From positions 127 through 64,126 of the forward strand of contig CAMBHS010000002.1 of NCBI GenBank assembly GCA_945867235.1: DNA of 64,000 nt, given 5' to 3'. Shown piece after piece: positions 53,567 to 62,041 of this stretch. Under the pieces are notes generated by a model. The model saw only the letters and a program-made list of their open reading frames with translations, was not told the DNA's origin and made no database searches. This stretch comes from Akkermansia muciniphila. Its GTDB lineage: Bacteria; Verrucomicrobiota; Verrucomicrobiia; Limisphaerales; SXQI01. Every line of letters starts with the position of its first letter. Position 1 is the first letter of the stretch. Position numbers and translations under genes: made by a program.

Positions 53567-54115
53567 TCAATAATGGAAAACCTGAAACGGCAACTCAAAC
53601 CAAACACTGTTGAAATCAAATTGCATCTCTGGAGAGTCAGGGTTGCACTTAAACCAAAAAATCTCGTTCCGGCTTTTGATCATCCCTGATATTTCAACAA
53701 ACATGGATTCATCCAATGCTAGGATGTGGTATCGGTTTTTTTTGAGTTTTTCCCTAGTCATCACCCGAATCAAATTCGCAGCCGTTTCTGAGGAACGTGT
53801 AAGCACCCATATTTCGGCTTCAGGAACCTTGATGGCGATTTTTTTTAATTTGGCGACTTCACAATCACCGCATTCCACCCATAAAACAGGGCGCAGTTCA
53901 TAATCCAATTGCACCAAATCAGGAGTGAACGGAATGGAATCGTTGTGCAGACTGGTTTCGATTTGAATCCGTTCCCTGAAGAAATATAGAAAACCGATGA
54001 ACTTGAGCGCGATCCGCTCCATGGATTCCCCCTCCTGACGTCCAATGATGATCTTTTGGGGAAGCCGGCGTTGGTGATCCCGCGACTCCAACACAAAACT
54101 ATGTTTGCCGCTCAT
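53567..54115 (-). CDS. YaeQ-family protein (PD-(D/E)XK-like fold, function unknown)
   Basis: ERIALKFIGFLYF...LRPVLWVECGDCEVAKLKKIAIKVPEAEIWVLT aligns with E. coli YaeQ (...DLWIELGLPDERRIKKA...AEVALFTY), recalled from memory. I set the start at the ATG at 54115, which forms an ATGA overlap with the upstream stop codon. Confidence 0.5.
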   Translation of the reverse strand: MSGKHSFVLESRDHQRRLPQKIIIGRQEGESMERIALKFIGFLYFFRERIQIETSLHNDSIPFTPDLVQLDYELRPVLWVECGDCEVAKLKKIAIKVPEAEIWVLTRSSETAANLIRVMTREKLKKNRYHILALDESMFVEISGMIKSRNEIFWFKCNPDSPEMQFDFNSVWFELPFQVFHY

Positions 54116-55317
54116 GGTTCCACCACCACGGGAAGGCCAACCCAGACAAGATCGAACAAAATTTCGGCATTCCAATTCGCCAACCGAAAGCAACCATGCG
54201 ACTCTGTGCGACCTACCTGTTCCGGCTTCGGGGTTCCATGAATTCCATAACCCGGGCGATCTAATCCAATCCAAGCCGTGCCTACCGGGTTATTAGGCCC
54301 CGGCGGAATGACGAGTTTGCGACCGACCTCCTGTGCTTCGGCGGATTCAGGAAAAACGGCTGGATCAAACACATAGTTAGGATGACGGGCAACATTGGCG
54401 ACCGTAAGGCGTCCGACCGGACGTTTTTCAATTTTTTGTGCGATGCTACACGGAAAATGAACCAGCAAGTTGCTCGAGGCTCCGTATGCTTCCAGAGTTT
54501 TTGTGCCTAGATGAATTACAATCACCGCAGCGCGCTCGCGTTTCGTGGGTCGCACGACATTGGGAACCTTCAACACAACCCCAGGAGCGATATTGCTCCA
54601 GTTGATGCTGGGGTTCAGGGATCGGATTATCGATTGCGAAGCGAGGTGAGTTTCCGCAACCAACTCCAAAATCGTTTCGTAATTTAATGATTCCTGTTCT
54701 GATTTTTCCAGCCATGTGGAACCCAACGGAGTAAGTAGGGATAAATCATTCGAAGAAACTTGGTAGGTGGTGAAAGTCGAATCCAAAATGTGCATTCGAT
54801 GTTTCGTAGCCTCGTTTAATTCTCCATCCGGAAGCAGGTGCTGCTGGATTTGAAACGCCCGCAACGCTGCCTTCGTTTGTGATCCCAGAGTTCCATCTAT
54901 CGATCCGCTAGAAATCCCTTGGGAGAGCATCGCTATTTGAGCCTCCAAAACAGTGGTCGCAGTTCTTGGAATCGAACGCAGGGAGGAAGGCGAGGTTGCT
55001 GGAAGCGATACCTTGTTGGATACCTCCATGACGTAGGCTGGCAACGATGTGGTACGGGAGAGAGTCGAAACGGGTGCGATATTTGTCACCCTGGGCGGGC
55101 TCTGAACGATCAGCGGGAAGAGTTCCCGTTCGATCACGGGAGGTCGAATTGCATTCGTTGTTGCACGGTGAACTGGAGGTTGTGAAATGGGTTGCCCTCC
55201 ATCCCACCAGTGCCAGACAAGGAAGGTCAACACCCCGGGAATTAAAAGCCAGAATCGAAACTGTTTACGTCGGCTCCGCTTGGGTCGTGGGAAATCTAGC
55301 TTGGGATATCGATTCAC
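54112..55317 (-). CDS. L,D-transpeptidase (YkuD domain) with peptidoglycan-binding domain, membrane anchored
   Basis: The TM anchor is FRFWLLIPGVLTFLVWHWW. The PG_binding_1 pattern is IDGTLGSQTKAALRAFQ. The catalytic block is GIHGTPKPEQVGRTESHGCFRL. Confidence 0.85.
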   Translation of the reverse strand: MNRYPKLDFPRPKRSRRKQFRFWLLIPGVLTFLVWHWWDGGQPISQPPVHRATTNAIRPPVIERELFPLIVQSPPRVTNIAPVSTLSRTTSLPAYVMEVSNKVSLPATSPSSLRSIPRTATTVLEAQIAMLSQGISSGSIDGTLGSQTKAALRAFQIQQHLLPDGELNEATKHRMHILDSTFTTYQVSSNDLSLLTPLGSTWLEKSEQESLNYETILELVAETHLASQSIIRSLNPSINWSNIAPGVVLKVPNVVRPTKRERAAVIVIHLGTKTLEAYGASSNLLVHFPCSIAQKIEKRPVGRLTVANVARHPNYVFDPAVFPESAEAQEVGRKLVIPPGPNNPVGTAWIGLDRPGYGIHGTPKPEQVGRTESHGCFRLANWNAEILFDLVWVGLPVVVEP

Positions 55318-55348
55318 AAAACAACCTTAACGGGATGACGTTTCCAAC

Positions 55349-56155
55349 CTAATCATCGTGGCGAGGCGTCGGACCACCGAAACTCGCACGGGGAGGATAG
55401 TAATGTGTCAGATACTGCACCAAAGATTCAATCTGGGCGTCAGAAAGCGGGCCTCCAAGTTTATCGGAAAATGCAGGCATCAATGTATTCACCTTGCCGT
55501 GGGTGATCATAGCACGCCACACCTCGGAGGTAGGCGTGACCGGCAACGCGGTGAGATCCGTCACCATCGACGCACGATGAGGAGAGTCATGACAAATCCC
55601 GCAAACCGCCTCGTAAAGAGGCTGACCCGTGCGACCGACAGCGGGTGCAGCATGACATCGAGCACAATCATTTTTGAACACCGTCTGGCGATCGGCGAGA
55701 GCGAGTTGCATGTTGCGTGTGCGACTATCAACCACTCCCCCTCCTCCCACAGTCCTAGATCCGAGTGTGGCTGCGGGGAGTGTCAATTTGACGCTGAGTA
55801 ATTTTTGACCTTGGGACGTGTCGAGCGTGACCAACTTTGTAAAAACTCCAAACTTTCCACGAAGATCTACATCCACTCCGAAAGCCCCGTGACCCCCCGG
55901 AGGGATAGTCCATGGTGTGGAGGGAAGCTGCGCGACTGTGCAACCACAGGAAGTGCGAACCCAATTGATGGTGACCGGGGTGCTGGAGACATTGGTGAGG
56001 CTGAAGGAAAAATGCACCAACTCGTCCCCAGATTTCGCCACGTGTTCCTTGGAGATGCTATCGAAAACCAGCGATTCAACCGCAGCATCCGCATGGTTTG
56101 ATGTCGCAACACACCAAACTACAACCAGACCTAGGAAAAACGGGAGGCAACGCAT
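55349..56155 (-). CDS. Secreted DUF1573 domain fused to a di-heme c-type cytochrome domain
   Basis: A signal peptide is present. The DUF1573 hallmark is FSFSLTNVSSTPVTINWVRTSCGCTVA. There are two CxxCH motifs, CARCH and CGICH. Confidence 0.75.
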   Translation of the reverse strand: MRCLPFFLGLVVVWCVATSNHADAAVESLVFDSISKEHVAKSGDELVHFSFSLTNVSSTPVTINWVRTSCGCTVAQLPSTPWTIPPGGHGAFGVDVDLRGKFGVFTKLVTLDTSQGQKLLSVKLTLPAATLGSRTVGGGGVVDSRTRNMQLALADRQTVFKNDCARCHAAPAVGRTGQPLYEAVCGICHDSPHRASMVTDLTALPVTPTSEVWRAMITHGKVNTLMPAFSDKLGGPLSDAQIESLVQYLTHYYPPRASFGGPTPRHDD

Positions 56156-56282
56156 ACCAATTATTACAATCGAACATTAGTGCATATTTCATCCAGAGGC
56201 AATCCAATGAATCTCTGGGGTCGCTATGTTTTTGAAACTTTCCCCTTTCGACTCGGACGGGGCATTGTTAGCGTTCTTAGGC

Positions 56283-57248
56283 ATGCGAATTTTGTCAGGT
56301 ATCCAACCGTCGGGCACCCTTCATCTGGGAAATTATTTTGGGATGATGCGCCCTGCGATTGAATTGCAGGAGCAAGGGGAAGCTTACTACTTCATCGCAA
56401 ATTATCATTCGATGACTTCGCTGCATGACCCTGAAATGCGGCGAAAAAACACGCTTGATGTGGCTCTCGATTTTCTCGCCTGCGGTCTGGATCCTAAGAA
56501 ATCCATTTTTTTCCGCCAATCCGATGTGCCCGAAGTTTGTGAATTATCGTGGCTTTTGACCACACTCACACCCATGGGGCTCTTGGAACGGTGTCATAGC
56601 TTTAAAGACAAAGTGGCGCATGGATTGTCCCCCAGCCATGGTCTATTCGCCTACCCTGTGCTCATGGCTGCCGATATTTTGTTGTATGATTCCAATATCG
56701 TCCCCGTGGGTAGGGATCAAAAACAGCATGTGGAAGTCACTCGGGATATTGCCACGAAGTTCAATCAAACTTATGGCGAAACCTTTGTCATCCCTGTCGA
56801 ACGCATCCATGAAACCATGGCAGTTGTGCCCGGGACGGACGGCCAAAAGATGAGCAAGAGCTACGGCAATGTCATCAATATTTTTGGGGATGAAAAGGCA
56901 ACCAAGAAAACCATCATGAGTTTGGTGATGGACAGTCGTAGCCCAGCGGAGCCCAAGCCGGATGCCGATAAAAATATTGCCATCCAGTTACTGAAGCTTG
57001 TCGCGCCTCCGGAGGTGGCGGCCGATTTTGAGAACCGACTCCGTGCTGGAGGATTAGGTTACGGGGATTTGAAGAAAGCTCTTTTCGAAAACCATTGGAG
57101 CTATTTCGCAAACGCACGGATCCAACGGGCGGAACTCACTCAGAATCTCGATTATGTTGAGTCCACTTTGCAAGCAGGAGCCAATCGAGCAAAAATTGTC
57201 GCCCGGTCCGTTCTAAAAAGAGCTCGAATTGCATGCGGATTGGAATAA
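56283..57248 (+). CDS. trpS: Tryptophan--tRNA ligase
   Basis: SGIQPSGTLHLGNYFG carries the HIGH-type motif, GRDQKQH is present, and KMSKS is present. I set the start at the ATG at 56283. Confidence 0.9.
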   Translation: MRILSGIQPSGTLHLGNYFGMMRPAIELQEQGEAYYFIANYHSMTSLHDPEMRRKNTLDVALDFLACGLDPKKSIFFRQSDVPEVCELSWLLTTLTPMGLLERCHSFKDKVAHGLSPSHGLFAYPVLMAADILLYDSNIVPVGRDQKQHVEVTRDIATKFNQTYGETFVIPVERIHETMAVVPGTDGQKMSKSYGNVINIFGDEKATKKTIMSLVMDSRSPAEPKPDADKNIAIQLLKLVAPPEVAADFENRLRAGGLGYGDLKKALFENHWSYFANARIQRAELTQNLDYVESTLQAGANRAKIVARSVLKRARIACGLE

Positions 57249-57300
57249 CTCCGCTCTAATCCATCGAGCTGTCTGGCGATTACGCATCCCTTAATAAAAA

Positions 57301-57324
57301 AGACCGGAGGTTTCCCTCCGGTCT
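57301..57324. terminator. Bidirectional Rho-independent terminator between trpS and the giant LamG gene
   Basis: A perfect 10-bp stem pairs AGACCGGAGG (57301-57310) with CCTCCGGTCT (57315-57324) around a 4-nt loop. It is flanked by TTAATAAAAA on the left (a T-run on the minus strand) and TTGTGTT on the right. Confidence 0.85.
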
Positions 57325-57350
57325 TTGTGTTAATTATTCCTAGGTCAATC

Positions 57351-60300
57351 TTATTGACCGGACGTCCGATAGAACTTCGCTCCACCTCCCGCTGCAGGGG
57401 TCACTTTCAATGGGCTCACCGCCGAAGCCACCGCTGTATATCCCCCATTCACCGTGCTGGACTCTTCCAGCGTTCCGGTAAACGTCAGGGTGACTGTTCC
57501 GTCGCTGTTTCCAGCGATCGATAGCGTCGGGGCTTCTGCAACTCCTCCGGCCACCTTGAATGTGCGAAGCGCGATCACTTGTTTGGCATCGGGATTGTCT
57601 GCGATCACATTGGCACTCAGCCAGATCACCGCTAGGGTGTTCCCTCTCCAATCCAACCGGGCGTTCGATGTGGCCAGCACTTCCGCGCTTGGCAACTCCT
57701 TCTCGCTCACCTGGAATACTCCTCCAATTGGAGCACCTTGTGCGTCAAACAGCCGACCCAACACCAACGCTTTGGAGCCTCCGGCTTCAAAGGTCGCAGC
57801 GGTGTCCGTGTAAACCACGGCGACACGACCCAATGCGTCGATCGCTGCATCCACTCGTCCCACGGCTCCGTGCGGCAATCCCCATGCGCCGGCCAATGTA
57901 TGGGCCCAGCGTTTGGTTCCATCCGCATTCAATACGGCCACCCAGATCTGCGGAACTCCCGATGCATCCGCTCCGGCTGTCGCCAGCACATACGCATCTT
58001 TACCGTTCCCGTTGAATCCAACGCCTTCTCCGCGTCCTCCACCGGCGGAGATCTCACTCCCCGTCGCTGCGGCTGCATCCAACTCTGCGCCGACTGGTTC
58101 CCCAGCGTTGGTGAAGAGTCGAATCTTCGCTCGACCATTGGCGGAAAAGCGCACTGCAAATCCGTTCGCTGTGACGGCTGTCCCATGCCATATCTCCACC
58201 TTCACTGGGCTGGAACTTAGCAATTGCAACGCCTTCACTTCTGTCCCATCGGGTTTCACCACGGTCACAATCCCGTGGTTCGCTGGGCCATCGCCTCCAT
58301 ATAAGTTGACCAAGTCATCGCGCTGACGGCTCTCGCCCACGATTACCAAGTTTCCATTCGACAGCTGATCCCAGTCTCCGATGCGGACATCCCCGTCACG
58401 CTCGGCGTAGTCATCTGATAACCCCGAGACTATCCCCAATGGGCGACCGCTGTTGCTCAGGAGTTGGATCGCTGGAAAATCTCCCGCGTTTTCACCCGCC
58501 GCATTGTTGTTGATAGCGGCGAACTCTGGAATTTCCAGACCGAGATCGAATGACGTTGCTCCCATTCCGAAACCATTTCCGAAAAGGTTGGCTTTGATCT
58601 TCGGTCCCCACGAGGTGCGTCCGGAGATGGCGGAGCCATCGGTGCGGAAGTAGGAGAGGAAGGTCGATTGCAACGTCTGCCCTACGTAGGTCGGATCAAT
58701 CGATGTGATCGTGGTCAACGGTGTAAGACTGACACCTGCGGGGCTGTAAAGCGACCAAACCGCTTCTTGATCCCCTAGGTCGTCTCCATCGTCCTCCCAA
58801 CTGACCACCACGTTGCCGTTTGAAATCACCGCGACACCCAGTGCCTCGGAGTTGTCATTGTTCAATGTGGTGTTCGGAGGATTGATATAGGTCGTGGGGC
58901 TCAAGGCGGTCAACCCACTGTCCTGCGGTTGCGCTGGTTTCGTTTGTGTCGAGACGCCTGAGAGTGCCAGGCTATAATGGGCACTTACTTGGAAGGGTGT
59001 GAGAGCCTTGGCGTAAATGGCTGCTTCATCGATCGATCCTTGGAAGTTATCGGCCCAGCCATTGCCACTGGAACCAATGCCCCAACCTGCACCATCAACT
59101 TTGACGGCACCCGTGGCTCCTACTTCCGAAGCGACCTTGACGCCGTTGCGGAATAAATTCCAATTCGCACCGTCATACGTGCCAACGAGGTGAACCCATT
59201 GACCTCCAGTCAGATCCTCCGCTGGGACGGGGAAACTGGCGGAACTTAACACTCCATCCTGCGAGGATCCAACGACATATTTGGACCCGTTTTCGTCGAT
59301 GCTCAAAAAGACTTCTGGGCTGACGAGGATCGAGGCATTTTCGCCGACGGTATCCACAGCATAAGCACTCAAGGTTTGAGGCCCATGCGAGATAATGCGG
59401 GCACGGGCGGAGGAAGCCAACGCAGATCCCGGCTTGACCCAAGCTTCAAGGGTGATCTCGCCGGAGATATTCAGACCCGCAGGATTATTCAAACTCACCC
59501 ATCCCAAATTGGAATCCGTAGAAATGGCGGAGTTCGGAGCGAGGAAGCCGGAAAAGGGAGGAGCAACGGGCCCGCTGACGTTATTGGCCGTGGAGACTAG
59601 GGAACCATCCGCCGCAGCTCCGAGAGTGCCACTATTTGCGATGGGGTTGGGCGCGGCATCATTGAAGCGCAGGTAGGTGGCAGGCATGCTTCGTTGTGCA
59701 CCAGCACCGTCGTATGCGGCTGTCAACACGAGCGAGGAATAGCTTACTTTCGGTTGAGCGTTGGTCGAAGCCTGGAAATGAGCCGTAACCTGTTCCGGTG
59801 TTAAGGTATAATTATTATAGAGTGCGAACTCGCTGATTTCACCTTCGAAAGGATTGTTTCCAAGTCCCGACGATTTGTTATATGCCCCCAAGGCGAGGTC
59901 GGTCGGAGTCGAGTTGTCTTCATTGGGGTTTTGGTTGGCCTTGTAGGTCGCAGCTTCATTTACAGATGCGAGCTCGCCATTAACGTAGGCGCTTAACTTT
60001 CCTGTCCAATTCCCATTTCCGGTGTCACCCAATTCGTCGGGTTGCCATGTGAACACGAGGTGTTGCCATTCGCCGATTTTGTAAGGAACCGAGGTGGTGA
60101 CATCCTGGCCACTGCCGCCGGCTCCGGTGAACATTCTAAAATTCCAACCGACCCCGCTGTAACCGGAAACGCCAGAATAGCTGTCGTTGGGAGCACGTTG
60201 AAATATGACCCACCCTGTGCGATTGCCGGAGGCGACATAACGGTTGTTCATCAAGCTCGCGCCAGGGTTTTGGCGATCGTTCGTGGGTTTAACCCAAGTT

Positions 60301-61493
60301 TCCACTGTAAAAGGAATGTTTTCCGGTGGGTTATTCTGAGCGATCCATGGAATATCCGTCACCGAAGTTACCCCATTGCGGAAATGGTATCCGAAGGCTC
60401 CATCGTCCGAACTTCCCTGCACCACACCAGGAATCTGCAACTGCACAGCCGGGGTATTCACCGCCGTCCCTGTATTGCGCAAATCCCCTAAATTATTAAC
60501 CCGTCCTGTATTTGGAGCCAGTTCATCGAGGCGATAGTGAGCGACCGGGTTCGCGGATTTTACCAGTGACGCATAGGAAACAGTGCGAGCCGCGTTGGTG
60601 GCACTTTGATAATGCCCGAGAATTTGCTCGGGTGTGAGCATGGTATGGTAAAACGCGAATTCGTCCACACTACCGAAATAGGCGTTGGAACCAGGAGCGG
60701 TGTTATTATAGGACCCAAAGGCCAAACCGGCAGCCCCCCTCACCGCTTCGGATGGATCGTGGTCATCGGTATTGGCAACGTATCCAGGCCCATCACCCAA
60801 CCATGTGTTGGCTGATGCCTCGACGCCGTCGATATACATCGTGATTGTCGGCCCATCGGCATGACCAGGATTGTAAACCACGACGACGTGCGTCCACTTG
60901 CCAATTACGAACGGAACAAAGGAGGTAACGTCCAAACCACTGCTTCCGCCGCTTCCGCGATACATCCGGAAGTTCCAACCCACGCCTTCAAAGCCTGGTT
61001 TTCCGGTGTAGGTATCATCCTGCGCCCGTTGGAAAATGACCCAACCTTGGCGGTTCACCCCCGAATAAGCGTAGCGGTTGGCGACAACGGCCTGACCGGC
61101 ATTGATTTGATCGCTGGCCGGATAGAACCAACCTTCCATTGTAAAAGGAAGGGATTCGTTGGGATTTAGTGCCGCATTCCAAGGGATGACAGTCCGAGCA
61201 GATGAGTCATAGAACTGGGAACGGTTTTTATCACCCGCGATCGCACCACTGAAAGCAAAGCTATTTAAATTGGTGCCGTTTGCGATACCTCCTGCCGAGC
61301 CGGAATTGAGGTTGATGTTGGAACGCTCAATGGAGTCGTTAAGCCGATAGTAGGCCAATGGCCCATCTTTAAGCACCGCCGAAGAATAATCTTCTGCCGT
61401 GGCTACGTTGATTGAAAGCAAAACCATCGCCATAGCTAGGGGAGATTTTGCCAAGTTCCATGGATATCGTTTGTTTAGAGGTGCAGCGTTCAT
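57351..61493 (-). CDS. Giant secreted protein (1380 aa): three tandem LamG/concanavalin A-like domains + ~470-aa repeat-rich beta region + C-terminal module ending in KFYR
   Basis: The signal peptide is LAMAMVLLSINVATA. The three LamG units cover approximately aa 37-300, 305-580 and 585-845. Each ends in a ...DE(F/A)A(F/L/I)Y...LTPEQ(I/V)..H(Y/F) block. Units 1 and 2 share NRY..SG.NR.GWVIFQRA..D.Y.G..G..GVGWNFRM. Confidence 0.8.
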   Translation of the reverse strand: MNAAPLNKRYPWNLAKSPLAMAMVLLSINVATAEDYSSAVLKDGPLAYYRLNDSIERSNINLNSGSAGGIANGTNLNSFAFSGAIAGDKNRSQFYDSSARTVIPWNAALNPNESLPFTMEGWFYPASDQINAGQAVVANRYAYSGVNRQGWVIFQRAQDDTYTGKPGFEGVGWNFRMYRGSGGSSGLDVTSFVPFVIGKWTHVVVVYNPGHADGPTITMYIDGVEASANTWLGDGPGYVANTDDHDPSEAVRGAAGLAFGSYNNTAPGSNAYFGSVDEFAFYHTMLTPEQILGHYQSATNAARTVSYASLVKSANPVAHYRLDELAPNTGRVNNLGDLRNTGTAVNTPAVQLQIPGVVQGSSDDGAFGYHFRNGVTSVTDIPWIAQNNPPENIPFTVETWVKPTNDRQNPGASLMNNRYVASGNRTGWVIFQRAPNDSYSGVSGYSGVGWNFRMFTGAGGSGQDVTTSVPYKIGEWQHLVFTWQPDELGDTGNGNWTGKLSAYVNGELASVNEAATYKANQNPNEDNSTPTDLALGAYNKSSGLGNNPFEGEISEFALYNNYTLTPEQVTAHFQASTNAQPKVSYSSLVLTAAYDGAGAQRSMPATYLRFNDAAPNPIANSGTLGAAADGSLVSTANNVSGPVAPPFSGFLAPNSAISTDSNLGWVSLNNPAGLNISGEITLEAWVKPGSALASSARARIISHGPQTLSAYAVDTVGENASILVSPEVFLSIDENGSKYVVGSSQDGVLSSASFPVPAEDLTGGQWVHLVGTYDGANWNLFRNGVKVASEVGATGAVKVDGAGWGIGSSGNGWADNFQGSIDEAAIYAKALTPFQVSAHYSLALSGVSTQTKPAQPQDSGLTALSPTTYINPPNTTLNNDNSEALGVAVISNGNVVVSWEDDGDDLGDQEAVWSLYSPAGVSLTPLTTITSIDPTYVGQTLQSTFLSYFRTDGSAISGRTSWGPKIKANLFGNGFGMGATSFDLGLEIPEFAAINNNAAGENAGDFPAIQLLSNSGRPLGIVSGLSDDYAERDGDVRIGDWDQLSNGNLVIVGESRQRDDLVNLYGGDGPANHGIVTVVKPDGTEVKALQLLSSSPVKVEIWHGTAVTANGFAVRFSANGRAKIRLFTNAGEPVGAELDAAAATGSEISAGGGRGEGVGFNGNGKDAYVLATAGADASGVPQIWVAVLNADGTKRWAHTLAGAWGLPHGAVGRVDAAIDALGRVAVVYTDTAATFEAGGSKALVLGRLFDAQGAPIGGVFQVSEKELPSAEVLATSNARLDWRGNTLAVIWLSANVIADNPDAKQVIALRTFKVAGGVAEAPTLSIAGNSDGTVTLTFTGTLEESSTVNGGYTAVASAVSPLKVTPAAGGGAKFYRTSGQ

Positions 61494-61639
61494 AGGGTAT
61501 GATTCTAGGTTGGACTGCCAAAATATCCTTGGTTAAATGGAGCGTCCACAATTTTTAGCAATCCATTTTTGGTGACACGCAAGTTAAATCGCCCCTTTGG
61601 CAGGATTGTTTAAACGGACACGGTGGGAGATGTCGAAGA

Positions 61640-61667
61640 TTGAAGGCTTCAATTGCGAATGTCGCAA
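61640..61667. promoter_or_regulatory. Two abutting perfect palindromes, TTGAAGGCTTCAA (61640-61652) and TTGCGAATGTCGCAA (61653-61667), 22 nt upstream of the DUF485/actP start codon
   Basis: Read directly from the sequence. One has 6-1-6 symmetry and the other 6-3-6, and both are framed by TTG...CAA. Whether they act as an operator or as 5'-UTR hairpins is unknown. Confidence 0.4.
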
Positions 61668-61688
61668 GGGTTCGGCTAGAGTGGTTCC

Positions 61689-62039
61689 ATGCCAAGTCCT
61701 GAAAACACTCCTGTTGAGATCCAAAGCGATGCCTTTCTCGCGCAGTTGATGCGCGAACAATTCAAGCTTTCTATGGTCTGTGCGGTTGCCTTTATGGTCG
61801 CTTTGTTGGCGTTGCCGCTGTGCAATTATTTCCTCCCAGAATTCATGTCGCAAAGAATTGGAGGGTTCACAATCAGTTGGCTGATCCTTGGCGTTTTATT
61901 TTTTCCTTATGTTTGGTTGGTGGCTTACTTCTTCATCAAAAAGTCAATCGCCATGGAAAACGAGGAAGCGGATAGAGTGCTTGCTGGCAGGTCGAGGATC
62001 AACCGAACGAATCAGGGTAACAGCACCTCAGAGAAATAA
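61689..62039 (+). CDS. DUF485 (YjcH-like) small inner-membrane protein
   Basis: 116 aa with two TM helices (MVCAVAFMVALLALPL and WLILGVLFFPYVWLVAYFF). It lies 2 bp upstream of an SSS-family symporter, which is the usual yjcH-actP arrangement. Confidence 0.7.
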   Translation: MPSPENTPVEIQSDAFLAQLMREQFKLSMVCAVAFMVALLALPLCNYFLPEFMSQRIGGFTISWLILGVLFFPYVWLVAYFFIKKSIAMENEEADRVLAGRSRINRTNQGNSTSEK

Positions 62040-62041
62040 TC

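Noticed and set aside
56156-56282. A T-box or other leader element upstream of trpS.
   Set aside because: The gap is only ~127 nt. I saw no specifier or T-box sequence (AGGGUGGNACCGCG-like), and T-boxes are not expected in this phylum.
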